DNA of 64,000 bases from an uncultured Planctomycetaceae bacterium (lineage in GTDB: Bacteria; Planctomycetota; Planctomycetia; Planctomycetales; Planctomycetaceae): positions 124,001-188,000 of the forward strand of contig CAXBME010000012.1 of assembly GCA_963976765.1 (NCBI GenBank), in the 5' to 3' direction. Position numbers and translations under genes: made by a program. Shown in pieces: positions 20,399-33,113 of the stretch (positions are counted from its first letter, which is position 1; each line of letters opens with the position of its first letter). Below the pieces are notes generated by a model. That model saw only the letters and a program-made list of their open reading frames with translations. It had not been told where the DNA came from and ran no database searches.

Positions 20399-23300
20399 TC
20401 AAGGATAGTTCCATTCCTGAATCTCAAACCTCAGGCCGCAGGTCAGTGACTGATGACCTTGCAAATCCTTGTCCTCAAAACCGGTCATTTCCATTCGGAT
20501 CGTGCCGCGGGTTTCGACGGTTTCAAATTCCATGACCAGAGTGGCCACGGACCTGTGTTCTCCGTCAGTCGGCGTCGTTTTCGTGATGCGCGTCCCGTGC
20601 TCTTTGGCGATTTCCTGAATGTAGTCTCGAAACTCAGGCAGCGCCGTCCTCAGCGAGTTTGACGTGCCTTCAATCTGAGACGTCACTTCCCACTCGACGA
20701 AATTCTGGCCGCTGTCGCCCCATGTGCCGTGTCTTGCCACCGGTTTCCCGGCGACGTAAGGCGTTGCCAGTTTCCACACCTCGCCGCGGCGCGCCGGGTC
20801 GGAAACGAATTCTTTGAATGCGTTAAAGAACGAGCTGCTGCCGGGCATGCTGGAAGCATCCTGCAACTTCTGCAGTTCAACTTTCGTAATTTTTACCTGG
20901 ACGACGTTATCCGCACCTCGATTCAGGTGGACGATTCCGGCAGGTGCAACGGTAGCAACCTCCTTTGTAAAATTTTTACCTTTGAGAATCGTCGCCACCT
21001 GGTACTCGCCCGGCGGCACGAAAACGATCCAGCGTCCCTTCGCAAGAAGATACTCTTTACCAACGTCGCAGGTGACACCGACTCTGGTCGAGACAGCGAA
21101 GATCCCGTCGAATTGCCGGCCACGATCCACGCGCCGGATGATTAAACCTTCCGCTTCCCCGTTGACCTGCAGGCTTCCCGACGCTCCGGCCTTCACCTCC
21201 AGCGGAAGTTTTCCGATGAGAGAATCGCCTGCTAGATAGACCATCTCAAAACTACCTGCCGGCAGTGTCACGGTGTGACTGCCATCGACGCTCGACGTTT
21301 TCGCCGCGTTACCTGGACCGAATATCGAACTGCCGGGTTTCAACCCTTCGATCCTGAACGTGCCCGTTCCGTTGACCACGCCTCGCGTCCAGACGACGAC
21401 GTTCGTCACGCCGACGATCTCGCAGGTGGCGACGACAGCGAAAACGGCCAGAGTCATCAGCGATGCACGCTGGGTGAATAATCGCCGCCCCGCCCCCATC
21501 ACACTGTCCACACGCGCGTCGTCTTTCGAGACACCGATGAGGCTCAGCACGTCGGGGCGTCGAACTCGGCGGAAGGCCGGAATCGTCCAGGGCAACAGCA
21601 GTACCAGCAGCGGGTTCCACGGGACAACCGCCAGAGCTGTCGCCAGCAGAACGACTGGGCCAGGTCGTCGGCGGGTGATCGGTAGCCAGTTCAGGTCGGA
21701 AGTTGCTTTTATCGCAACGGGAAAAACCAGCAGCGACGTCAGTAAGAAGAACCCGAGCAGACCCTCGGCGAAAGGAATGTCGACCTGGTCCGAGATAAGG
21801 TAAGTCCCGAGCGGAGCCATCATCGCGGCAAAGCAAACAAACATCAGCACGCTGCCCACGCCTCGCAGCTCCTGCTCGAAGTCCTCTGAAATGTCGACAA
21901 ACCGGCTCGGTTTATCCTCAGCCGGTTTGGCCGCGGAGGACGCGGAAACGGGCCTTGGAGCCGCGGGCGTGTGCCCCATTCTGGTTCTTGTTCTGTGCAG
22001 CAGGAAGGCAGCGACGCTGGCTAATAACGCAGCACTGATCACCCCAGCCAGTCCGCTACTGCCAAATATGCCTTTAGAAAATTCGGCGGCAACGATCGGG
22101 ACGAGAGCAAATAGGACCAGCCAGAATCCCTGGTGCAAACCCAGACCTTGACGGTCGTCGTCATTCCCAAATCGATGCCGCAGCCATTTGCTGATCAGCA
22201 TGGCGACCGCAAGTGGCAGCACGACGGCAATTGTGAAAATGGTTGCCAGTTCGGGGAATCCAGGAAGATCCTTTGGTCCATACTCCGCCAGCATCCTGAT
22301 CAAAAGCAGAATCACAATCAGGGCCAGCGGCGTCCAGTTTGGAAACTTCCACAGCAGCCATCGCGGGACGGCCGCCTCGCTCCGCAATCCAGCGAGAGCA
22401 CTCTGCTCAGGCGCCGCCGTGAAGGCCGCTCCGCTGGCTGCGTCGTTCGTTCCGACAATTCGTTCCGGCTGAGGCACGCTGGTCGGCTGCTGCAAATGAG
22501 CGAGGTGTCGACTGAGTAGATCCTCAACTTCCTCGGCCGATGAAAAGCGGTCATCCGCCTCCTTCGCCAGCAGCTTGTCGACGATCTCGCACAGCCAGTC
22601 AGGAATGTCCTCGTTGACTTCGCGAATGGGACGTGGTGCATCGTGAACAACCCGATGCATCACGGCGACCGCCGAGTCTGCTCGAAACGCCGCCCGGCCC
22701 GTACACATCGCATAAAGCACGCAGCCCAGACTGAACAGGTCCGTTCGATGATCGACTCGCAGCCCCTGAGCCTGCTCGGGCGACATGTACTGAGGCGTGC
22801 CGGTGATCTGCCCGGTCCGAGTCATGCTGATATCGTCGACCGCTCGCGCGAGGCCAAAGTCCGTCAGCTTGACCCGTTCAATTCCGTTCTCAAGCAGAAT
22901 GTTTGCCGGCTTGATGTCTCGATGAACCAGCCCCTGCCGATGAGCAGCCGCGAGCCCTGCTGCGGTCTGCATGCCGATTCTCAAGATTGACTTCACATCC
23001 AGCGCGCCGACCGTGTTGATTTTCTGCTGTAGCGACTGCCCCTGAATAAACTCCATGACGATCACGGGAGGGTGCGATTCGTCGTCGATCGAGTGAATGG
23101 CCACGACGTGGTCATGCGAGACCGCCGCTGCCGCCCGAGCTTCTCTCAGAAATCGCTGCACCGCGGTCGCGTTCAACGCCAGTTCCGGAGCGAGCAATTT
23201 CACAGCAACCGTCCGACTGAGCTTCGGCTCGTGAGCCCGCAGCACGACGCCCATGCCGCCTCGCCCAACGAGTTCGACAATCTCGTACGGCCCCAGCGTT

Positions 23301-23608
23301 CCGAGTCGGTCCGGATTCTCGGTCGGCGTTAACAGACTCTGCCACGCTTCGTCGGCTGTCGACGGGTCGATCGATGGTTCGCCATCGCGACCGGGCGTTC
23401 GTTCTACCGTCTGGTCAAACACAGAATCCGCGTCAATTTCCTGCGGCGTCTTCTCAAGAAAGCTTCCGGCGTCGTTATGCGCCGAAAGCAGCTTGTCAAC
23501 ACGTTGACGAAGTTCCGGATCTGCCCCGCAGACCTCATCAAGAAAAGCCGTTCGTTGCTCAGGATCGTCCTTTTCGAGGGCTTCGAGAAAAATCGTTCGT
23601 TCGTTCAT
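20399..23608 (-). CDS. Membrane-associated Hanks-type Ser/Thr protein kinase
   Basis: GRGGMG, VAVK, HRDIKPAN, DFGLA, GTPQYMSPEQ; planctomycete N-terminus MNERTIFLEAL; several hydrophobic helices after the kinase domain. Confidence 0.95.
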   Translation of the reverse strand: MNERTIFLEALEKDDPEQRTAFLDEVCGADPELRQRVDKLLSAHNDAGSFLEKTPQEIDADSVFDQTVERTPGRDGEPSIDPSTADEAWQSLLTPTENPDRLGTLGPYEIVELVGRGGMGVVLRAHEPKLSRTVAVKLLAPELALNATAVQRFLREARAAAAVSHDHVVAIHSIDDESHPPVIVMEFIQGQSLQQKINTVGALDVKSILRIGMQTAAGLAAAHRQGLVHRDIKPANILLENGIERVKLTDFGLARAVDDISMTRTGQITGTPQYMSPEQAQGLRVDHRTDLFSLGCVLYAMCTGRAAFRADSAVAVMHRVVHDAPRPIREVNEDIPDWLCEIVDKLLAKEADDRFSSAEEVEDLLSRHLAHLQQPTSVPQPERIVGTNDAASGAAFTAAPEQSALAGLRSEAAVPRWLLWKFPNWTPLALIVILLLIRMLAEYGPKDLPGFPELATIFTIAVVLPLAVAMLISKWLRHRFGNDDDRQGLGLHQGFWLVLFALVPIVAAEFSKGIFGSSGLAGVISAALLASVAAFLLHRTRTRMGHTPAAPRPVSASSAAKPAEDKPSRFVDISEDFEQELRGVGSVLMFVCFAAMMAPLGTYLISDQVDIPFAEGLLGFFLLTSLLVFPVAIKATSDLNWLPITRRRPGPVVLLATALAVVPWNPLLVLLLPWTIPAFRRVRRPDVLSLIGVSKDDARVDSVMGAGRRLFTQRASLMTLAVFAVVATCEIVGVTNVVVWTRGVVNGTGTFRIEGLKPGSSIFGPGNAAKTSSVDGSHTVTLPAGSFEMVYLAGDSLIGKLPLEVKAGASGSLQVNGEAEGLIIRRVDRGRQFDGIFAVSTRVGVTCDVGKEYLLAKGRWIVFVPPGEYQVATILKGKNFTKEVATVAPAGIVHLNRGADNVVQVKITKVELQKLQDASSMPGSSSFFNAFKEFVSDPARRGEVWKLATPYVAGKPVARHGTWGDSGQNFVEWEVTSQIEGTSNSLRTALPEFRDYIQEIAKEHGTRITKTTPTDGEHRSVATLVMEFETVETRGTIRMEMTGFEDKDLQGHQSLTCGLRFEIQEWNYP

Positions 23609-23675
23609 AACCAGGTAACTCCGCACATGCCTGTTCTATGGATCTGCGATTCAAAAGGCAGTGCGAAAAACGAAT

Positions 23676-24245
23676 TCAGTTTCCGCCAGAATTTTTCGAA
23701 AGTTCGCTGAACATCCAGGCCTTCGCCCAGGTCCATGACCGCTCGGCCGAGCGAGTGGAAATCCCCAGAGCTTCAGCCGTTTCCGCCATCGACAGGCCGG
23801 TGAAGTATCGCATCTTCACGAGCGTCGCGGCCTGGTCGTCGACTTCGGCGAGACGATCAAGCACCTCGTCAACGGCCAGAACGTCGTGTTTCAAACTAGA
23901 CGCGGCGATCGAGGCTTCGTCCAGTTCCTGACGCACCAGATCGCCGCCCCGCTTGAGACTTCGCTTCCTTCGGGCATTTTCAACCAGAATACGACGCATC
24001 GCCTCAGCGGCCGCTCCGAAGAAGTGACCTCGCGAATTCCATTTCTGCTGCCGCTCAACATCGACCAGCCGGACGAAAGCATCGTGAACCAGAGCCGTTG
24101 CCTGCAGCGTCTGCCCGACCGGTTCCTTCGCAAGTCGCTGAGCGGCAAGCTTTCTCAACTCGCCATAAACCAGCGGCAGCAACTTTTCAGAAGCCTGAGC
24201 ATCTCCGCCGTCAATCGCGTCAAGCAGTTGGGTAACGTCGTTCAC
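23676..24245 (-). CDS. ECF RNA polymerase sigma factor, planctomycete TIGR02999-like
   Basis: LLPLVYGELRKLAA, QTLQATALVH, HFFGAAAEAMRRILV, AKAW; GTG start; directly upstream of the STK. Confidence 0.92.
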   Translation of the reverse strand: MNDVTQLLDAIDGGDAQASEKLLPLVYGELRKLAAQRLAKEPVGQTLQATALVHDAFVRLVDVERQQKWNSRGHFFGAAAEAMRRILVENARRKRSLKRGGDLVRQELDEASIAASSLKHDVLAVDEVLDRLAEVDDQAATLVKMRYFTGLSMAETAEALGISTRSAERSWTWAKAWMFSELSKNSGGN

Positions 24246-24299
24246 GGCAGCGCCTTTCAGAGTTCCCGCAGGATATGACAGGTGCAGTGCATGCTGGCG

Positions 24300-25841
24300 T
24301 TACTTCTTCAGGGGCGGCACGTCGTACTGTTTTCTCAGGCTCGCCAGTTCTTCCTTCATCAAGGTCAGGATTTCTGAATAGGCGGGCAGTCCCGACACGT
24401 CGACCATTTCTGCCGGGTCTGCTTTCAAGTCGTAAAGATCGAAGCCGTCGTTCGAGTAGAAATTGATCAGCTTGTAACGGTCGTTGCGGACACCCTCGTG
24501 ACGAGGCACCTGGTGCTCACCACCGTGCTCGTAATAATGGTAGTAGATCGATTTCCGCCAATCCTCGGTCGCCGGATTTTCAAGCACCTGCACCAGACTG
24601 GTCCCCTGCACTTCCGGTGGAACCTCTGCGCCGGCGACTTCCAGAAACGTCGGTGCGTAGTCGATATTCTGAATCAGTTTTTCTGATCGGATGCCCGGCT
24701 TCACATGGCCCGGCCAGCGGACAAGGAACGGCATTTTGAGCGACTCTTCAAACATCCATCGCTTGTCGTACCAGCCATGCTCGCCCAGATAAAAGCCCTG
24801 ATCCGAGCTGTAAATGACGATCGTATTTTCCGTCAGCCCGTTCTCGTCGAGGTAGTCCAGCACTCGACCAACGTTTTCGTCGACAGAATCAATGCACCGC
24901 AGATAATTCTTAATGTACCGCTGATATTTCCAGCGAACGAGGTCTTTGCCGGTTGGAGGATCGGCGAGAAATGCTTTGTTGCGAGGCACGAACGCAGCAT
25001 CCCAGATCATCTTCTGCGCCGGCGTCATGCGACGATACTCGCCGTCCTTCAAACGCAGCTCGCGCTGAGTCGCAAACGGCACCGGCAGATGGACCTTCAG
25101 GTCGTAGGCGTAGTAAAAGTGCTGATCAATCGACATGGCGTTTCCGGCAAGCGTCTCGCTGCGATTGTCCCACGCATCGAACAGTGTCGCCGGTTCAGGA
25201 ATGTCGACGTCTTCGTAATTGTTGAGATGCTTCAGCTCCGGAGCCCACGTGCGATGCGGAGCCTTGTGCTGGCACATCAGCAGGAATGGCTTGTCGGCCT
25301 CACGCTTTTCCAGCCAGTCCAGAGCCAGGTCCGTCGTGATTGTCGTGCAGTAACCTTCAATCTGCCGCCGTCCGTCCTTGCCGATGAACTGTGGATTGTA
25401 GTAAGCCCCCTGCCCCGGCAGGATTTCCCAGTGATCGAACCCAGTCGGATCGGAATTGAGATGCCACTTGCCGATCATCGCCGTCTGATAACCCGCCTTC
25501 TGCAGAACCTTAGGAAACGTGAATTGCGAACCATCAAACGGGCCTCGACCGTTTGAGTAGAACCCGTTCTTGTGACTGTGTTTTCCAGTGAGCACGCATG
25601 CTCGGCTCGGCCCGCAGATTGAATTCGCACAGAACGAATTCAGGAAGACGGCCCCTTCATTCGCGATGCGATCGATGTTCGGCGTCCTGTTGATCTTCGA
25701 GCCGTACGCCCCGATCGACTGGCAGGCGTGATCGTCGGTAAAGATGAAGACGATGTTGGGCTGCGTCGCCGCATCGACGTGTGAGCATGTCAACACTCCG
25801 ACAAGAAAAATGACCACCGATAGGTAAGATGCCATTGTCAT
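24300..25841 (-). CDS. Formylglycine-dependent (S1) sulfatase
   Basis: PNIVFIFTDDH, CGPSR, GKWHL, HKAPH, SDQGFYLGEHGWYDKR. Confidence 0.93.
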   Translation of the reverse strand: MTMASYLSVVIFLVGVLTCSHVDAATQPNIVFIFTDDHACQSIGAYGSKINRTPNIDRIANEGAVFLNSFCANSICGPSRACVLTGKHSHKNGFYSNGRGPFDGSQFTFPKVLQKAGYQTAMIGKWHLNSDPTGFDHWEILPGQGAYYNPQFIGKDGRRQIEGYCTTITTDLALDWLEKREADKPFLLMCQHKAPHRTWAPELKHLNNYEDVDIPEPATLFDAWDNRSETLAGNAMSIDQHFYYAYDLKVHLPVPFATQRELRLKDGEYRRMTPAQKMIWDAAFVPRNKAFLADPPTGKDLVRWKYQRYIKNYLRCIDSVDENVGRVLDYLDENGLTENTIVIYSSDQGFYLGEHGWYDKRWMFEESLKMPFLVRWPGHVKPGIRSEKLIQNIDYAPTFLEVAGAEVPPEVQGTSLVQVLENPATEDWRKSIYYHYYEHGGEHQVPRHEGVRNDRYKLINFYSNDGFDLYDLKADPAEMVDVSGLPAYSEILTLMKEELASLRKQYDVPPLKK

Positions 25842-26012
25842 AATGCCTTAATTGAGCGAACTCTGTGAACCCAAACTGCCCGACGAAGCTAACCGATTCC
25901 TGTCCGACCAGACCATCATGTGCCCCGGACTTTTCACAGTAACGCACAGTGAAGCTGGAAATCTCAAACGACTGGATGAACCCGCGAATCCGGTAACCGA
26001 CTGATCGTGCCT

Positions 26013-27290
26013 TCAGACTCGTTGGAAAACGCTTCCGAACAATGTCGGGTTCGGGATTTCCTGACTGCCAAACTGCCGACCGCTGGTTGTGTATTCGGTA
26101 ATGTCGACCGCCGCTCCAGCCTGGTCAGAGCTTTCATAACCCGCCATCAGGATGGCCATCGTGTCCCAGGCGATCAACGCTCCCGACTGAGGAAACTGAT
26201 CTTCGTTCAAGGCACACGCAACGGCGTCGTTCATCTCGCCGACGTAGCCATGTGAGTAGAACTGATTCGGTCGAGGAAAACTCGTTCCCTGCACGGTCGG
26301 CAACTTCTCACGAACCAGCAGATTGCCGGCATGTTGAGACTGCGGCATGAAGAGCTCGTTTTCGTTGTTCGGATTCACCCGCAGATCGTACTGAGCGAAG
26401 TCAGTAATCACCGAGAACTCATTACGGATTCCGCTGATACTCAGGTCATGTCCGATAACTTCCGCGATCGTCTGATCCTCAAACACGACCGTCAGTCGCC
26501 CGAAGTCGTCGACGTTCTGCATTACGCGAAAGAACTCACCGCTGGACTCGGGTTGATGCTTCAGAACCTGCATGGCCGCCGCTGAAACCGAAACCGGTCG
26601 AATCGGCTTTCCATTTGCCAGAATTCCCTCAACCTGCTTGAGGTAAAGTGCCGGCCCCAGCGGATGGCAGGCTTTATTGAACAGTGCTCCACCGCCAGAT
26701 TTAGAGGGAGTGTCATAGGCGGGCGCGTGCGACCCCTGGTGAGCACACACTCCTCGTTGATAAAGCACTTTGCCTTTGCCCGACTTTCGAGCTTCCGAGA
26801 GCAGTTCCACGATTCCCTTCATCCCGTCGAAGTAGACAAAGTCTTCGGCGTAGAGCAGTTTCGATCCAGATTCACGAACAACGTCAAAGACTTCGGCGAG
26901 GTACGCCATCGATTCGCGCTTTCTGGTCGCGGCATCAGCCTGTCGTCCCTCTGAGTAACCAGGCCAGATGACCGGCGGCTTTTCGAGGACAATAACGGGC
27001 ACCCCCCTTCGAGCAGCTTCCATCGTGTAAGGACCGTGAGCAAAGTTTGCACAGCAGATGTTGTCGATCGTTGGTTTGACTGCTTCGAGCATCTCTGCAT
27101 GAGACTCAAACACCGCCGAAACATTGTGTGACGCCGCAAACTTCTCGGCGTTTACACGTCGTCCGGAAACGACTCCAGCAAGCCTGATCTCAACACCATT
27201 CCGATGCGGAATCATTCCGTAGGTCTTAGCCGTGTAATCAGCTGCGAACCCGGTTCCATTGATGGCAACTTGAATTGTTCGCTTCGTCAT
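26013..27290 (-). CDS. Gfo/Idh/MocA family oxidoreductase
   Basis: N-terminal Rossmann (INGTGFAA), LEKP, SGGGALFNKACHP, VDDFG. Confidence 0.82.
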   Translation of the reverse strand: MTKRTIQVAINGTGFAADYTAKTYGMIPHRNGVEIRLAGVVSGRRVNAEKFAASHNVSAVFESHAEMLEAVKPTIDNICCANFAHGPYTMEAARRGVPVIVLEKPPVIWPGYSEGRQADAATRKRESMAYLAEVFDVVRESGSKLLYAEDFVYFDGMKGIVELLSEARKSGKGKVLYQRGVCAHQGSHAPAYDTPSKSGGGALFNKACHPLGPALYLKQVEGILANGKPIRPVSVSAAAMQVLKHQPESSGEFFRVMQNVDDFGRLTVVFEDQTIAEVIGHDLSISGIRNEFSVITDFAQYDLRVNPNNENELFMPQSQHAGNLLVREKLPTVQGTSFPRPNQFYSHGYVGEMNDAVACALNEDQFPQSGALIAWDTMAILMAGYESSDQAGAAVDITEYTTSGRQFGSQEIPNPTLFGSVFQRV

Positions 27291-27344
27291 GATGAGTTCT
27301 CTGCGTTGTGAGGAAACCGGCGCGTACTGTATTCAGCTGAGGAC

Positions 27345-27387
27345 GGTCGTAGCGCTCCGCAAAACTTTCAAGAGAATCGCTACGGCC
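27345..27387. repeat. Degenerate GTAG-type REP-like hairpin
   Basis: GGTCGTAGCG...CGCTACGGCC inverted ends. Confidence 0.4.
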
Positions 27388-27447
27388 AGCGAGAAGTGGC
27401 GACCGGGACCGCTCGACAGCGCATTCGACAATTCCGGCAATCTGGCC

Positions 27448-27485
27448 AATAAAGAAAGCCGGCAAGCAAATGCTCACCGGCTTTC
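27448..27485 (-). terminator. Intrinsic terminator of the cold-shock gene
   Basis: Stem GAAAGCCGG/CCGGCTTTC followed on the minus strand by a T-rich tail (TTTCTTTATT). Confidence 0.75.
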
Positions 27486-27507
27486 AGAATTTCAACGCTT
27501 TCAGCGA

Positions 27508-27705
27508 TTAGACAGGGCGAACATTTTCTGCTCGTGGTCCCTTTGGTCCGTGCCCAGCGGTGTAGGAAACCTTTTGTCCTTCGTACAACTGCTCGAACTG
27601 GACATCTTCGAGGTTCGACATGTGGAAGAACATATCGTTCCCTCCACCCGTGTCGATGAATCCGAAGCCCTTTTCAGTCAACTTTTTGATCGTACCTTCA
27701 GCCAT
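27508..27705 (-). CDS. cspA: Cold-shock domain protein
   Basis: 65 aa; KGFGFI (RNP1), MFFH (RNP2), GPKGPRAENV; GAGG RBS. Confidence 0.95.
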   Translation of the reverse strand: MAEGTIKKLTEKGFGFIDTGGGNDMFFHMSNLEDVQFEQLYEGQKVSYTAGHGPKGPRAENVRPV

Positions 27706-28077
27706 TACTTCACTTCCTCAAGAAACTTGTGCAGCAATATTCGCAACAACGAGTTCGAACTTAAACGCTGCTATCGCCGAGGATTGTAGCGACGGTCTTT
27801 GAGAGCACAATAGGCATCGACGACTGAGCGAAATTTCCGCAGCCGGACACTTAACGACATCTCTGAGCAACGAATATGGTGGGTTTGCGGACGCGCAGCG
27901 GAAATATTCATCCCTTCAGAGGTCTCAAAACTCGCCGTGCCGCAGACAGGTTATGGAGTTCATCCACCAGATTGCTTCAGGATTCGACCCGGCTAACATT
28001 TGAAAATTCAACCATTCCGGGATGCCAAACGGCCTGGCCATTCAGATAACGCAACATTTCAGCTGAGAATTTTGATC

Positions 28078-28878
28078 ATGTCCAACGTTCGCCCAAAGGG
28101 TTCTGTCAGTCACGATAATGCCGGTCGAGTCGTGCTGGTCAGCGGCGGAGCCAACGGTATTGGCCGAGCCATTTGTGAAGCCTTTGCCCAATCCGGCGCC
28201 AACGTCGTCTGCCTGGACGTCGACGAAACTTCGGCAGCAACGATGGGCGAAAACATCGACTTTGTACGAGGTGACACGTCCGTCGAATCAGACTGTCAGA
28301 ACGCGGTTTCGTTCACGGTCGAGCAGTACGGCGGGCTGGACATTCTCGTCAATAACGCAGCCATCCAGCCACCATCATCTTACGTGCCTCTCGACGAACT
28401 GCCGGCTGAGCTGTGGAACAAAATGCTCGGTATCAATTTGTCGGGCTACACATTTCTGGCTAAACACGCCGTGCGAGTCATGAAGCAGCAACGCAGCGGC
28501 GTCATTGTGAACATGTCCAGCGGGCAGGCTCACCGAACTGCAAGACAGGTTCCAACGTACGGCCCGATCAAAGCGGCAAACCTTCATCAGGCCCGACAAT
28601 GGGGAGTCGAATATGCTCGGGAAGGGATCCGAGTCGTCTCTATTTCGCCCGGAGCAATCGACACGCCGCTTGTCCGAGCGAGCCTGGAAGCGCAGGGCGG
28701 CGAGAAAGAACTCGCCAATCGACATCCACTTGGCCGGATTGGAAAGCCGGAAGAAGTTGCCGCCGCCGTCCTGTGGCTCAGCAGCCCTGCCGCGTCATTC
28801 GTCACCGCGACGGATCTCGAAGTCGACGGCGGCCTCGGCGCATTCGGCTCCTTCGCCGATCCGTATCCCATGCCGTGA
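28078..28878 (+). CDS. SDR family oxidoreductase
   Basis: SGGANGIG, LVNNAA, YGPIK (YxxxK), ISPGAIDT, VDGG. Confidence 0.92.
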   Translation: MSNVRPKGSVSHDNAGRVVLVSGGANGIGRAICEAFAQSGANVVCLDVDETSAATMGENIDFVRGDTSVESDCQNAVSFTVEQYGGLDILVNNAAIQPPSSYVPLDELPAELWNKMLGINLSGYTFLAKHAVRVMKQQRSGVIVNMSSGQAHRTARQVPTYGPIKAANLHQARQWGVEYAREGIRVVSISPGAIDTPLVRASLEAQGGEKELANRHPLGRIGKPEEVAAAVLWLSSPAASFVTATDLEVDGGLGAFGSFADPYPMP

Positions 28879-28951
28879 GTTTGCTGAAGAATCCGATTTC
28901 ATCCGGTCCGGCATTGAACGGGAAAACCAAGAGCCCCGCAGGCAGCAGCCT

Positions 28952-31249
<2,298 letters not shown>

Positions 31250-31455
31250 TCATCCGCAAGACTGACCCGGTCAGGACAGTCCCGGCTGATCTCATCCACC
31301 CATCCACGCCCGGCGTTGTATCAGATCCGTAAAAAATCGCACGCCAAACGGAGCCTGCCGCGAGGCAACCCCTTCACTTCCCGAGTTCGCCTCGCCATGA
31401 TTCCTGCGACGCGTACAACCTCGGAGCTGTTTCCATCGGCTCGCGAGTAATGTCC

Positions 31456-31534
31456 GAACCGAAGAAAACAAGAGCGCAGAGTTGCCGTGCAGAACTTCTC
31501 TCGGTCCTCTCCGTTGTCGTCTGGTCTCCTGTTC
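31456..31534. repeat. Degenerate tandem-unit inverted repeat (GAACAGGAG/ACGGAG/GCAGAG type)
   Basis: GAACCGAAG-AAAACAAGAG-CGCAGAG ... CTCTCCGTT-GTCGTCTGGT-CTCCTGTTC. Confidence 0.5.
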
Positions 31535-31601
31535 AAAACCCTGCATCAGGAATTAAGGGCGTTTTCGATGTGGATCAAGCGTGCAGACTGGAGGCAGTAA
31601 C

Positions 31602-32027
31602 GTGGCGTGGTTTCAGCATGAAATTCGGTTGCCGGCCGTTCGGCGAGGGTTTCACATTGTGACGCAGCAAGTCGTCGATGCCGTTCCGGAGTTGTCTCGA
31701 ATTAGGATTGGGCTGATGCATGTTTTTATCATGCACACGTCGGCGTCAATTTCGATCAATGAGAATGCTGATCCAGACGTGCCACTGGATCTGGAACTGG
31801 CGTTTAACGAGATCGCTCGGGAAGACTTTGATTATCGGCATACGCTGGAAGGGCCAGACGACATGCCGGCTCATGTGAAGAGTTCGATGATCGGCAGTTC
31901 GGTGACGATCCCGATCAGCGACGGTCGGCTTTGCCTGGGAACGTGGCAGGGCATCTATCTTTGCGAGCATCGCGATCGTGGCGGTTCCCGACGGCTGGTG
32001 GTGACGATCCAGGGTGACGAAGTCTGA
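31602..32027 (+). CDS. yjbQ: YjbQ / UPF0047 secondary thiamine-phosphate synthase family protein
   Basis: HTSASISINENADPDV, EGPDDMPAHVKSS, LGTWQGIYLCEHR; GGAGG RBS before the GTG. Confidence 0.95.
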   Translation: MAWFQHEIRLPAVRRGFHIVTQQVVDAVPELSRIRIGLMHVFIMHTSASISINENADPDVPLDLELAFNEIAREDFDYRHTLEGPDDMPAHVKSSMIGSSVTIPISDGRLCLGTWQGIYLCEHRDRGGSRRLVVTIQGDEV

Positions 32028-32097
32028 CTTTGCGAGCGGCGGCTGAGTCGATAAACATCGGCAATTGCTCAAAAAATACCGGCTGACTGATAGTTTG

Positions 32098-32191
32098 AAC
32101 GCAGAGAGCGCAGAGATAAAAAGCGCGGAGGTAACGGAGAAAACTCTCCTTGTCTTTGCGAGTCCTCAGCGAACTCAGCGTTCCGTGTTTC
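32098..32191. repeat. Tandem-unit inverted repeat (CGCAGAG family)
   Basis: AACGCAGAG-AGCGCAGAG...AGCGCGGAG-GTAACGGAG followed by CTTTGCG, CTCAGCG, CTCAGCG, TCCGTG complementary units. Confidence 0.7.
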
Positions 32192-32222
32192 TATATTCGA
32201 AACTAAAACCACGGAGCGGTTG

Positions 32223-33005
32223 ATGATCGACGAGTTTGAAAATGACGAGCGGCCGGAAGTTCGAGAGCTTTCTTCGCGACAAAGGCGTGTGCTGGGCGTG
32301 CTGATCGAAAAAGGGCTGACGACGCCGGAATATTACCCGTTGACGCTCAAAGCAGTCATGACCGGATGCAATCAGAAGAGCAATCGGTCGCCGGTCGTCG
32401 ACTACGATGAGGACGCGGTCGAAGAAACTCTTGATCAACTCAAAGAGCTGGGGCTGGTCGGGGTGCTGCATCCGGACAGCGGTCGGTCGCTAAGGTATCG
32501 GCATTACGTGCGGAAACGATACGAATTCTCTGAGCCGCAAATCGCAATTCTTGGTGAGTTGCTTTGTCGAGGTCGGCAGACCTTAGGGGAACTACGCGGT
32601 CGGGCCAGCCGCATGGTTCCTATCGAGTCTCTCGAACTGCTGCGAAGCGAGCTGAGTGACCTGCTCACTCGTGGCTACATTCAGGCCAGTGGTTCGCTGG
32701 AGCGTCGAGGTGTCGAAGTTGACCATGCGTTTTACCGGTCAAACGAGAATCGCGGTGGCATGACAGCGATGCCCGCCGAACCGTCGTCGGCTCCGGTCGT
32801 AACTTCGACGGCGGCTCCAGTCATGGCTGCTCCGAACAGCGTCTCACCGTCACTCGATGACGACAAAGTAAACGCACTGGAAACTCAGATTTCCGAGTTG
32901 CGAAGTCAGAATCAGGAACTGAAAGACGAAGTCGAACGGCTGCGCACCACGGTCTACGGTCTGGAGTCAAAAGTCGAAGACATCTGCCGCGACCTGGGAA
33001 TCTGA
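32223..33005 (+). CDS. DUF480 (YceH-like) protein with C-terminal coiled coil
   Basis: [20 protein letters not shown]...[26 protein letters not shown]. Confidence 0.9.
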   Translation: MIDEFENDERPEVRELSSRQRRVLGVLIEKGLTTPEYYPLTLKAVMTGCNQKSNRSPVVDYDEDAVEETLDQLKELGLVGVLHPDSGRSLRYRHYVRKRYEFSEPQIAILGELLCRGRQTLGELRGRASRMVPIESLELLRSELSDLLTRGYIQASGSLERRGVEVDHAFYRSNENRGGMTAMPAEPSSAPVVTSTAAPVMAAPNSVSPSLDDDKVNALETQISELRSQNQELKDEVERLRTTVYGLESKVEDICRDLGI

Positions 33006-33047
33006 AAACCTGTTTCAGCCTGCGAATGATTCGTGAATCAATCGGCA

Positions 33048-33080
33048 AAGGCCCGACAGGAATCGTTCCTGCCGGGCCTT
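33048..33080. terminator. Hairpin between convergent genes (putative bidirectional terminator)
   Basis: AAGGCCCGACAGGAA-tcg-TTCCTGCCGGGCCTT. Confidence 0.7.
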
Positions 33081-33113
33081 GTTGAATTCCGTGCGAGTGT
33101 TTGAGCCGGTTGC

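Noticed and set aside
24705..25556. 283 aa + strand ORF
   Set aside because: Antisense shadow of the sulfatase.
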